Origin: Dehalococcoidia bacterium
GTDB lineage: Bacteria > Chloroflexota > Dehalococcoidia > Bin125
DNA length: 64,000 nucleotides
Direction: 5' to 3'
Assembly: GCA_963555985.3 (NCBI GenBank)
Contig: OY820591.1
Coordinates: forward strand, 2,400,001 to 2,464,000
Below are positions 44,899-53,407 of this stretch, one piece after another. How positions within the stretch are numbered: position 1 is the first letter of the stretch; each line of letters begins with the position of its first letter. Made by a program: the position numbers and the translations under genes. The notes beneath the pieces were generated by a model that searched no databases, was not told the origin of the DNA, and worked only from the letters and a program-made list of their open reading frames with translations.

Positions 44899-45603
44899 AT
44901 GCCGCCTCCGCGCCGCCCTGAACCCCGCTCCGATACGCGCGAAGAGCGCAAGTATCCCGTCAGCGATGCGCGGGCGGGGATGCTACGGGCCTGGCTCAAT
45001 GCGAGGTTGCGGCCCGATTCGCAGTACCCGACGGGCGTGATCACGTCTTGCTACTTCGACACGCCCGCGCTGGAGGCGTACTGGGACTCCGCGGACGGAC
45101 AGATGTCCAAGCACAAGCTGCGCTTGCGCTGGTACGGCGATCCGATCGAGCCGCTCGCGGGCGCCTGGTTGGAGCTGAAGAGCCGCGACGGGGCGGTTTC
45201 GTTCAAGCAGCGGCTGCGACTCGCCGCGCAGGGGCAAGCGCTGGGCGAAGGCATCTTTCTGCCCGACCGCGACACTCTGAGCGAACTCGCGCAACGGCTC
45301 GACCCGTCCACGCCGCCCAGCTTCGAGCCGATGGCGTTGGTGCGCTACCGGCGCGAGCGCTGGCGCGAGCGGGGGAGCGGATTGCGCGTCTCGCTCGATA
45401 CCGAGGTGCGGATCGCGCCGCCGCGTCCGGGTCCCGCCTGGCGTCCGCTGCCGGGCGGGGCGGTCTTGGAGCTGAAGTCGTCCGGCCCGCTGCCGCCGCA
45501 GCTCAAGAGTCTCGGCCGCCTGGGGCTGCGGCGCACGGCGCACTCGAAGTATGCGCTCGCGGTTGAGCAACTGCTCGGCGGCGTCCGCGCTCGCACCGCC
45601 TAG
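44899..45603 (+). CDS. VTC-domain (TTM/CYTH polyphosphate polymerase-like) protein
   Basis: EERKY, ITSCYFDT, KLRLRWY, LELK, YRRE, RVSLD, VLELK, SKY. Confidence 0.88.
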   Translation: MPPPRRPEPRSDTREERKYPVSDARAGMLRAWLNARLRPDSQYPTGVITSCYFDTPALEAYWDSADGQMSKHKLRLRWYGDPIEPLAGAWLELKSRDGAVSFKQRLRLAAQGQALGEGIFLPDRDTLSELAQRLDPSTPPSFEPMALVRYRRERWRERGSGLRVSLDTEVRIAPPRPGPAWRPLPGGAVLELKSSGPLPPQLKSLGRLGLRRTAHSKYALAVEQLLGGVRARTA

Positions 45604-45645
45604 CGAGTGTCGAAACCGGATTAGGCGCTCAGAAGGAGAACGCTC

Positions 45646-46323
45646 ATGGACAGCTGGCCGGACTTCCTCGGTCCAGTCTCGGAAGTGACCTGGGAAGAGT
45701 TCGTCTTCGCCATGCTGGTCTCGCTGGCGGCGTCGGTGGTGATCTGGGCGCTCTACGTCGCCTTCTACCGCGACTGGGAGCGGGGCGCGGGGATTCACCG
45801 CGTGTTCATCCTGGCCGGGCCGGCGATTACGGCGCTGTTCATCTCGATCCAGTTCTCGCTGCCGCTCTCGCTAGGGTTGTTGGGCGCGCTCTCGTTCGTG
45901 CGCTTCCGCACGCCGATTAAGGATCCGGCCGAGATCGGATATCTGCTGCTGGTGATTGGTTCGTCGATTGCGGCGGCGACGTACAACTACGAGCTGATCG
46001 GAGTGCTGCTGGGGATCGCCGCGGTGGTGCTGCTGTTGCAGTGGCTGTTCTCGCGCACGTCGCTGAGCGGGATCCTGCCGGGAGGGCGCGATCTGATCGT
46101 GACGATGCCGGCGGCGGACTACGCCCAGCATGAGCGGGAGTTGCTGCGGTTTTTGCAAGCGAATCTGCGGGGGGTGCAGACCGAATCGGCGACGCAGAAC
46201 GCGGAGACGGCAAGTCTGCATCTGCGTTTTCGGGGCTCGAACTTTGATGAGCGTTGGGGGGAGTTTCAGTCGGCGCTGCATGATGCGATTGCGCCGGCTC
46301 GGGCGGAGTTGTATGTGGGGTAG
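45646..46323 (+). CDS. DUF4956-family membrane protein
   Basis: LSLGLLGALSFVRFRTPIKDP motif, several TM helices and a small soluble C-terminal domain; follows VTC gene. Confidence 0.85.
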   Translation: MDSWPDFLGPVSEVTWEEFVFAMLVSLAASVVIWALYVAFYRDWERGAGIHRVFILAGPAITALFISIQFSLPLSLGLLGALSFVRFRTPIKDPAEIGYLLLVIGSSIAAATYNYELIGVLLGIAAVVLLLQWLFSRTSLSGILPGGRDLIVTMPAADYAQHERELLRFLQANLRGVQTESATQNAETASLHLRFRGSNFDERWGEFQSALHDAIAPARAELYVG

Positions 46324-46356
46324 GCTAGCAGTGTCCTTGTTGGCGGGAGGGCGCAA

Positions 46357-47313
46357 ATGGTCGAGTTGAGCAAGCTCGAGGTGGTGGACCTACGCGAAGT
46401 CTGGCAGCACGAAGCGAGCGATTTCACCCCTTGGTTGGCAGACAACATCGAAGAGTTGGGAAATGTTCTTGGTCTCGACCTGGAAGTCAAAACGAGTGAG
46501 GCCGAGGTCGGCACGTTCTCCCTAGACATCCTCGCTCATGACATGACGAGTGATCGTCCCGTAGTGATCGAGAATCAGCTAGACGGTACGAATCACGATC
46601 ACCTTGGCAAGCTCCTGACCTATGCAGCGGGCTACGACGCGCACATCCTCGTCTGGATCGTGAAAGAGTTCCGACCGGAACATCGGGCGGCGATCGATTG
46701 GCTCAATCGACGTACCGGAGAGGACACGGCCTTCTTCGGCGTCGCCGTCGAAGCGTGGCGAATCGAAGATTCCCCGCCAGCCGCCCGATTCAATGTGGTG
46801 GCATTGCCGAACGACTGGGAGAAACAAGGAGTGCGCGAGTCCACATCGAGCGTGAATGGAGCACTATCAGACAAGCGCCGCCGCTACCGCGATTTCTGGC
46901 AGCCCCTCATCGACGAACTGCGGGAGACTCACAAATTCACCAAATCGAGGAAGGCGCAGCCACAGAGTTGGATGCACTTCGGCAGTGGATTTTCAGGTTT
47001 GCCACTGAGTGTGGCGTTCCAGCAGGGTGATGTCGCAGCGGTGGGAATGAACATCGATCGGCCCGACAAAGAGGTAAACGAAGCGCTATTCGACGCCCTG
47101 ATCGAGCGTAGTGCTGCAATCGAAGCGAAGCTTGATGATCCACTCGCCTGGAATCGATTGGAGCACGCGAAGGCTTGCAGAATCCAGATTCAGCGCGATG
47201 GGACGATTGACGACGACGACGAAACGCTGGAGGAAACTCGGCAGTGGATGATCCGAAGCCTCTTGCGCTTCAAACAAGTCCTCTCGCCCCACCTGGGCGA
47301 GATTCTCGGCTGA
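46357..47313 (+). CDS. PD-(D/E)XK-like nuclease domain fused to DUF4268
   Basis: LREVWQHEASDFTPWL, LDILA, VIENQL, HDHLGKLLTYAAG, Y..FW, PQSW. Confidence 0.8.
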   Translation: MVELSKLEVVDLREVWQHEASDFTPWLADNIEELGNVLGLDLEVKTSEAEVGTFSLDILAHDMTSDRPVVIENQLDGTNHDHLGKLLTYAAGYDAHILVWIVKEFRPEHRAAIDWLNRRTGEDTAFFGVAVEAWRIEDSPPAARFNVVALPNDWEKQGVRESTSSVNGALSDKRRRYRDFWQPLIDELRETHKFTKSRKAQPQSWMHFGSGFSGLPLSVAFQQGDVAAVGMNIDRPDKEVNEALFDALIERSAAIEAKLDDPLAWNRLEHAKACRIQIQRDGTIDDDDETLEETRQWMIRSLLRFKQVLSPHLGEILG

Positions 47314-47345
47314 GGCCGCGATCTGTCGGCTAACCTCACCAGCAC

Positions 47346-47443
47346 GGGAGCGGAAGGGGACCGGTGTCCCCCTTAGTCTTCAAAACTATTGCGGGGCGGT
47401 CCGCGCCGTCCCGGGTGGGTTCGACTCCCATGCGCTCCCGCCA
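47346..47443 (+). tRNA. selC: tRNA-Sec (anticodon UCA)
   Basis: 6-bp D stem GGGGAC/GTCCCC with CGGT loop, anticodon loop CTTCAAA, long variable arm, GGTTCGACTCC T arm, G discriminator and encoded CCA. Confidence 0.93.
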
Positions 47444-47458
47444 TTGCCGACCCAGGTG

Positions 47459-47588
47459 GTCATACCCGCGGCAAGCGCGGGTATCTCGCGGTAAGCGGCA
47501 CTGCGGTTCAGTGGCGGCGTGTGGTCTGAGGATGGTGCGTGGGTGCAGAACGCGGCGAGATTCCCGTGGCGGAACACGGGAATGACGG
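47459..47588. repeat. Facing CGTC-type palindromes downstream of selC
   Basis: GTCATACCCGCGGCAAGCGCGGGTATCTC and GAGATTCCCGTGGCGGAACACGGGAATGAC. Confidence 0.75.
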
Positions 47589-47620
47589 ATCCTGGGAGCG
47601 GGGTTTGTTTCAGCACACTG

Positions 47621-48721
47621 CTACAGCGCGTCGATTACCGCCTCTGCGAACTCTTCGGTGCTGGCTGAGCCGCCCTGGTCGGGGGTGAGGCGTTGGCCGG
47701 CGGCGTAGACGGTTTCGATGGCTTGCTCCAGGGCGGCGCTCTGTTCGGTGAGGCCGAGGTGGTCGAGCATCATGGCGGCGGAGAGCATGGTGGCGGTGGG
47801 GTTGATGCGGTGTTGGCCGGCGATGTCGGGGGCGGTGCCGTGGACGGACTCGAAGTAGGCCCAGTCGTCGCCAAAACAGCCTGAGGGGGCGAGGCCGAGG
47901 CCGCCGATCGTGCCGGCGCCTTCGTCGGAGAAGATGTCGCCGTAGAGGTTGGGCAGGAGGACGACATCGAGGTCGTGGGGGGAGGCGACGAGGCGGCGGG
48001 CGAAGTCGTCGGCGATGTAGGACTCGAACTGGATGTCGGAGTAGCCGGCAGCGACTTCGGCGGCGATTTCGACGAACCAGCCGTCGGTGCGGGAGAGTAC
48101 GTTGGTCTTGGCGGAGCAGGTGAGTTTGCCGGCGTAGCCCTGCTGCTTGCGGCGCTGTGTGAGTTGGCAGGCGAAGTGGGCGACGCGCTCGACGTTGGCG
48201 CGGGTGAAGTACTTGATCGCGTAGCGGCCCTCGTTGTCGGCGAAGTGTCCGAAGCCGCCCGGTACGCGGGTGCGGGAGACGCCGCCGAAGCGGGGGCGGT
48301 CGGCGAGGCCGGAGGCGGCGACCTCGGAGAGATCGCCCTCGATGCCGGCGTAGAGGTCTTCGAGGTTCTCGCGGACGATCACGTAGTCGATGCCCTCGGG
48401 CTGGGCGAGGGGCGAGCGGAAGCCGGGCCGCCACTTGATCGGGCGGACGTTGGCGAAGGTCTGTTTGCCCCAGCGGAAGTAGCCGACGCCGGGGGTCTGG
48501 CCGTTGGTGGAACCGAAGAGCACGGTGTCGCAGCGTTCGGCGGTGTCGATGACCAGCGCTTCACCCTCTTGTCGGGACATGTCGCGGGCGAAGTCCGCGC
48601 CGTCGGGGAGGATTTCCCAGGCGAGTGGGAGTTCCATGGCGTGGAGGACGGTCATGGTCGCATGGACAGCTTCGGGTGCGGCGTCGTCGCCTGGGAGGAT
48701 TGCGACGGTGGGTTGGGTCAT
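47621..48721 (-). CDS. Isocitrate/isopropylmalate (beta-decarboxylating) dehydrogenase family protein
   Basis: PGDDAAPE, FANVRP, VRENLEDLY, PNLYGDIFSD, FESVHGTAPDIAG. Confidence 0.9.
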   Translation of the reverse strand: MTQPTVAILPGDDAAPEAVHATMTVLHAMELPLAWEILPDGADFARDMSRQEGEALVIDTAERCDTVLFGSTNGQTPGVGYFRWGKQTFANVRPIKWRPGFRSPLAQPEGIDYVIVRENLEDLYAGIEGDLSEVAASGLADRPRFGGVSRTRVPGGFGHFADNEGRYAIKYFTRANVERVAHFACQLTQRRKQQGYAGKLTCSAKTNVLSRTDGWFVEIAAEVAAGYSDIQFESYIADDFARRLVASPHDLDVVLLPNLYGDIFSDEGAGTIGGLGLAPSGCFGDDWAYFESVHGTAPDIAGQHRINPTATMLSAAMMLDHLGLTEQSAALEQAIETVYAAGQRLTPDQGGSASTEEFAEAVIDAL

Positions 48722-49611
48722 GGGTTGAGCCTTTCGAAGAAGGCGTCGTCGATGGTGACGTCTTCGACCATTCGCTGCGTCACGCGGACGCCGAGTTGGT
48801 GTTCCTTGAGTAGGTCGCAGAGCGCTTCGCCGTCGATCAGATCGACCGGGTTTGCCCCCGCACGCGACGCTTCAGCGCGAGCGTCGCGGGTGAAGTAGCC
48901 AGTGGTCACGATGATGCCGCGGTCGGCGCGGCCGATGAATGAACCGCGAAAGTCGCGGACGACGCTTGCGCCGACGGAGCCCTGGTAGCGCTTGCACTGG
49001 AAGGCGGTGTGAAAGGAGATCAGGCCGGAGGGTCGGTAGGTGCCGATTCCGTCAATGCCACCGTCGCTGGAGCGTCCGGTGACTTCTACGTCGTCGAATC
49101 CAGCTGAGCGTAAGAGGGCGGCGGTGAGATGCTCAAAGGCCTTAGGTGAAGCGCTCATGAGCCGATCCAGGAGTTCATCTTCCCAAGGCCGTACATCGTC
49201 ATCACCGACGCCTCCACTCTCGCTCGCTGCGGTGCCGGGGTCGCTCCTCTCTTGCTGCCGCTTGCGATACCGACGTCCGCGCTCACGGTGGCGCTGAGCG
49301 ACCTCTTCGTCCGAGATTGTCCGCCCAAGCTCAGTAAGTTGATACAAACCCTTCCCCGGCTGCTCGCACACGCCTATCCACTTCAGGTCGTTGCAGGCGT
49401 ATTCGGATTGCCAAGAGACGAAGGAACGGTTCCTGTTGCGTCCCGGCTCAGGCACCGCGCACTGTTCTGGCGTCAACTGAAGCCGATCCGCGACCGCTTC
49501 ACCGATCTCCAGACGATGCACGGGCATCGGCATAGAGCGAAGCAACTCCAGCACCAACGGAAGCATCTCCGAACGTGTTGGCAATCCCGCTTGCTCGCGT
49601 CGCGATGCCAT
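48718..49611 (-). CDS. mrr: Mrr-family type IV restriction endonuclease
   Basis: N-terminal wHTH, FEHL..LL..GF, DGGIDG, QCKRY, LIDG; ATG 49611 with AAGGAG RBS. Confidence 0.9.
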   Translation of the reverse strand: MASRREQAGLPTRSEMLPLVLELLRSMPMPVHRLEIGEAVADRLQLTPEQCAVPEPGRNRNRSFVSWQSEYACNDLKWIGVCEQPGKGLYQLTELGRTISDEEVAQRHRERGRRYRKRQQERSDPGTAASESGGVGDDDVRPWEDELLDRLMSASPKAFEHLTAALLRSAGFDDVEVTGRSSDGGIDGIGTYRPSGLISFHTAFQCKRYQGSVGASVVRDFRGSFIGRADRGIIVTTGYFTRDARAEASRAGANPVDLIDGEALCDLLKEHQLGVRVTQRMVEDVTIDDAFFERLNP

Positions 49612-49634
49612 CGCTCGCTCCTTCACTCCGCAGG

Positions 49635-50975
49635 CTAGCCGCCGAGACGGTCTTGGAGGTTGGGGGCGGGGCGGAAGTAGTAATGGCGACCTTCCTGCTT
49701 ACGGACGAAGAATCCGCGCCGCACCAGCTTGGTCAAATCTGAACGGGCTGTACCGTAGGAGACTCGGAACTCGGTCTGGTGACCAGCGACGGTGAACTCG
49801 GTGAAGGGGAGGCGGAGCGCCCGTTCCACGATCAGCTCTTGCCGATGATTGAGACCACGCAGGTCTTTGAGCGCCTGCGCGATGGCGACGGCCCGCTCGG
49901 TCTGGCGGGCGATGTATTGACGCAAGCCATCGGCTGCCCGCTCCAGGACTCTGAGTTGGTGAACCAGGAAGTAGGTTGCGTCATTGGCGTCGGCGTGGAC
50001 GTACTCGTAGGCGCGCGAGTACTTGCTCGGCCCGGCATGGAGCAGGTTCGAGATCGACAAGTACGAGGCGAGCCAGTAACCGTTGCGCAGCATCGTCCAG
50101 TAGAACAGGGCGCGAGCAGTGCGGCCGTTGCCGTCAACGAAGGGGTGGTCGTAGCCGATCATGAAGTGGCACATGATCGCGCGGATGACCGGGTGGAGGT
50201 AGCGGTCGTCGAGCTCTCCGTTGGCGAATGCGCAGAGCCGCTCGATTCGCTCCGGCAACTCCTCGGCCGGGGGCGGAGTATGTACGACTGAGCCATCGCC
50301 GGAGACGACGGCAACGCGGCCTTCGCCGGGGACCTGGATGCGGCCTGAGTCGGCCTGGCTCTTCAGTGTGTTGAGGGTAACGATCTCATGCAGCGCCAGC
50401 AGCCGGTCGCGGGTGACGGCGCGGTCCTCTTGCGCCCACTCCTCAACCTGCAACATGGCGGCGAAGTTGTTGAAGATCATCCGCTCGCCCTGGTCGCGGG
50501 GACGGCGGCCGGTGCGCAGCATCTCCTGCGCAATCAGACGGGTCGTGTTCGCCCCCTCGAGCTGGCTCGAGCGGATCGATTCTTCCATCAGTGAGTTGAC
50601 CAAGTAGCGATCCTTCTCGCCGCTGCTCACCACGTCCTCATCGAGCAGGATGTGACCGGCCATCTCGCGATCAAGTCGTTGGAGCGCCTCCATGACGGGT
50701 GGGGCGTTGCAGAACCAGAACGAGACCCCACCCTTGCCCAGCAGCGGCAGTCGCTGGCGTCCGGTGCGTCGGGCGAGTACGAATCCGAGCCACCAGATGC
50801 GGTGCGACCAGCCAGCGGGCGGCGGGCGGCGACGGACTTGATCCCAGTGGAGGTAGCGTCCTTTCGCGTCTAGCGCGTCGGACTCGTCGATCAGGCGCAG
50901 TTGCGCGTCCTCATCGAGCTGGTGGAACTCTCGCATCATCGCCGGGAGGGAAGGAGAGGTCTCAGGCAGACGCAC
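49635..50975 (-). CDS. Fic-family protein with C-terminal wHTH
   Basis: HPFVDGNGRTAR; upstream SSQLEG inhibitory motif; YGTARSDL helix. Confidence 0.92.
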   Translation of the reverse strand: MRLPETSPSLPAMMREFHQLDEDAQLRLIDESDALDAKGRYLHWDQVRRRPPPAGWSHRIWWLGFVLARRTGRQRLPLLGKGGVSFWFCNAPPVMEALQRLDREMAGHILLDEDVVSSGEKDRYLVNSLMEESIRSSQLEGANTTRLIAQEMLRTGRRPRDQGERMIFNNFAAMLQVEEWAQEDRAVTRDRLLALHEIVTLNTLKSQADSGRIQVPGEGRVAVVSGDGSVVHTPPPAEELPERIERLCAFANGELDDRYLHPVIRAIMCHFMIGYDHPFVDGNGRTARALFYWTMLRNGYWLASYLSISNLLHAGPSKYSRAYEYVHADANDATYFLVHQLRVLERAADGLRQYIARQTERAVAIAQALKDLRGLNHRQELIVERALRLPFTEFTVAGHQTEFRVSYGTARSDLTKLVRRGFFVRKQEGRHYYFRPAPNLQDRLGG

Positions 50976-50990
50976 GGGCCTCGTCCTGTC

Positions 50991-51118
50991 AACTGTCAGT
51001 TTGAGATCAATTTCGCTGACATTGACAGTAACAGGGGGCGCTACAGGATGTCGACGCGATCCCGTGCACCGAGACGAAGAACTGTCAACTTGGGATCAAT
51101 TTCGTTGATATTGACAGT
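50991..51118. promoter_or_regulatory. Two 39-bp direct repeats with palindromic ends upstream of fic
   Basis: 50991-51029 and 51080-51118 match at 34 of 39 positions; each is ACTGTCA...TGACAGT. Confidence 0.7.
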
Positions 51119-51142
51119 TCGTTAGATGAGGACGGTGAGGCT

Positions 51143-51193
51143 CCCCCCCTCTGCCCCTTCGGGGCGTCTCCCCCCGCGGTGCGGGGGGGGGAG
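51143..51193 (+). repeat. RIME-like repeat (family D)
   Basis: CCCCCCCTCT-GCCCCTTCGGGGC-GTCTCCCCCCGCGGTGCGGGGGGGGGAG. Confidence 0.8.
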
Positions 51194-51224
51194 TTTGGCG
51201 TGTTTTGTCCGCGACGGCGCCTTC

Positions 51225-52358
51225 CTACACGGGGAGGGCGGCGATGTCGATGTTGTAGAGGTTTTGGACGTTGCCCCAGACCATTTTGTTGACGTCTTCT
51301 TCGGGGACGCCTTCCATGATCTCGTCGAGGATGGCGCGGCTGTTGGGCCAGATGGCGTCGTGGTGGGGGTAGTCGTTGCCCCAGAGGAGGTTGTCGACGC
51401 CGATGCCTTCGCGGGTTTTGACGCCGATGGCGTCGTCTTCGAAGGTGACGTTGAAGTTGCGGTGGAAATACTCGCTGGGGAGCATCTCCAGCTCGGGGGT
51501 GCGGCCGACGGCGCGGGCGCGGTAGTAGGCGTGGTCCCAGCGTTCGAGGGTGTGGGCGATCCAGCCGGTCTCCCACTCGGCCATGACGAACTTGAGGTTG
51601 GGGTGGCGTTCGCAGACGCCGGAGGTGACGAGGTTGGAGATGGTGTTCCAGGCGGCGGAGTGGGCAAGGGTGTAGGAGACGACCTCGTCCCATTCTTTGG
51701 GCAGGCCCATGCCGGGCTCGGAGCCGCAGAAGATGTGCATGGTGAGGGGCAAGCCGACTTCTTCGGCGACGGTCCAGAAGGGTTCGTAGTGGGGGTCGGA
51801 GTAGGGCAGGTCGCGGGGGGCGGTGCAGGGGATGGCGACACCCTTGATGCCCATCTTGGCGCAACGCTCGAGCTCGGCGATGCCCATGTCGACGTCGCGC
51901 AGGGTGAGGCAGCCGACGCCGATCAGGCGTTCGGGGCTGTAGGAGCAGTAGTCGCGGATCCAGTCGTTGTGGCGCTGGAAGACGGCGTTGACGACCTCAA
52001 CGTCCTCGACCATGTAGGTGAGCATGTTGATCGAGGGGTACATGACCTCGCCGACGATGCCGTCGGCGGCCTGCTCGGAGAGGCGGGCGACGGGGTCTTT
52101 GACGCCTGGGTTGATCAGGTCCCAGCCGCGCTGCATTTTCTCTTTGGTTTCGGGCAGGTTGAGGTTGGCGCCGGCGATGCCGAGGCGTCCGACGAGCATG
52201 GCGAAGTCGATCTGGGGCCAGGCGAGGTAGACGCCCTCGCGGCCCTTCCAGCCGTCCACGACGCGGGGGGCGCGGTCGCCGTACTTGTCGACGAGTCCAT
52301 CGAAGACTTCGGGGGCTTCGACGACATGGGAATCGCAGGAGTAGATGATGTTGGACAC
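51225..52358 (-). CDS. Amidohydrolase_2 family protein
   Basis: SCDSHVVE, EVMYPS, HNDWI, PLTMH, WGNDYPH. Confidence 0.9.
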   Translation of the reverse strand: MSNIIYSCDSHVVEAPEVFDGLVDKYGDRAPRVVDGWKGREGVYLAWPQIDFAMLVGRLGIAGANLNLPETKEKMQRGWDLINPGVKDPVARLSEQAADGIVGEVMYPSINMLTYMVEDVEVVNAVFQRHNDWIRDYCSYSPERLIGVGCLTLRDVDMGIAELERCAKMGIKGVAIPCTAPRDLPYSDPHYEPFWTVAEEVGLPLTMHIFCGSEPGMGLPKEWDEVVSYTLAHSAAWNTISNLVTSGVCERHPNLKFVMAEWETGWIAHTLERWDHAYYRARAVGRTPELEMLPSEYFHRNFNVTFEDDAIGVKTREGIGVDNLLWGNDYPHHDAIWPNSRAILDEIMEGVPEEDVNKMVWGNVQNLYNIDIAALPV

Positions 52359-52486
52359 GGCTCAGTTCCTCTCGATGCGGGGATCAGGATAGCGGGCGCA
52401 TCGGGCTGACGTACCCCACTTGATGTCGTTCTTTATTTGATTCTCTTCTCGTTCTTAGTACCATACCTCAGGCTGGAGGGGTTCTC

Positions 52487-53407
52487 GTGCGTGCTCGATG
52501 GTTCGGCCTCGGTTTGTTGGTGAGTTTTGCAATCCTGGGAGCGATCGGTCTGGCCTCGCTCGGCGCCGAAGCGGACGAGCAGGAGGAGCCCTCAGCGACC
52601 GACGTATTGATTTCTCAGCTCACCGTCGAGCGTGAGTCGATCCGGGGTGTGCGCTACGACCGAGACGACTACATGCCGGACGGGTGGCAACCGGTCCGCG
52701 ACCAGTGCGATGTCAGGGAGATCGGACTGCTCACCGAAGCAGTGCTGATTGCTGGCGTCGATAATCGCTGTCAACCCCAATCCGGGGCGTGGTACTCATG
52801 GTTCGACGGCGAGAAGGTTTATCACTCGAGCCAGATCGACATCGACCACCTGGTGCCGCTCTCGGAGGCGCATCGGTCCGGAGCAGCGCTGTGGTCAGCT
52901 GAACAGAAGCGCGCGTACGCCAATGACCTGGAACTTGAAGCAGCGCTCGCTGCGGTATCGCGTTCGAGCAATCGCTCCAAAGGAGACTCCGATCCTGCCG
53001 GTTGGCGACCGCCGCTGCGCGGCGCCTGGTGTCAATACGCTCATGACTGGATTGCGGTCAAGTTGAAGTGGGAGCTCAGTGCGGACTCGGCAGAGGTAGA
53101 GGCGCTGCGCACCATGCTGGACACCTGCGAGGACGACTTTGAGCGATTGGACGAGCATCCCGAACGGGTCGAATTCATCTTCGGCCCGCTGACGACGCCC
53201 GACGAAGACGCTTCAGGCGACGGCGCTCCGCTGACCACCGAAACAGCCAATACGCCACGGGTCGTCACTTACGAGTCTTGCAACCAAGCGGAGAAGGCCG
53301 GCGTCGAACGCCAGCGAGGCAGCAAAGGGAACGGCCGAGGGTTCCCAGCCCACCTCGTACCGTCGGCTCGTGACGGTGATGGCGACGGAGTCGTCTGCGA
53401 GCGCTAA
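52487..53407 (+). CDS. Secreted DUF1524/HNH-type nuclease with Excalibur Ca-binding domain
   Basis: Signal peptide; DIDHLVPL, NRSKGD.DP; C-terminal YESC...RDGDGDGVVCE. Confidence 0.85.
   Translation: MRARWFGLGLLVSFAILGAIGLASLGAEADEQEEPSATDVLISQLTVERESIRGVRYDRDDYMPDGWQPVRDQCDVREIGLLTEAVLIAGVDNRCQPQSGAWYSWFDGEKVYHSSQIDIDHLVPLSEAHRSGAALWSAEQKRAYANDLELEAALAAVSRSSNRSKGDSDPAGWRPPLRGAWCQYAHDWIAVKLKWELSADSAEVEALRTMLDTCEDDFERLDEHPERVEFIFGPLTTPDEDASGDGAPLTTETANTPRVVTYESCNQAEKAGVERQRGSKGNGRGFPAHLVPSARDGDGDGVVCER

Noticed and set aside
50991-51118. Minimal CRISPR array
   Set aside because: Only two imperfect repeats, 50-bp spacer and no cas genes in the window
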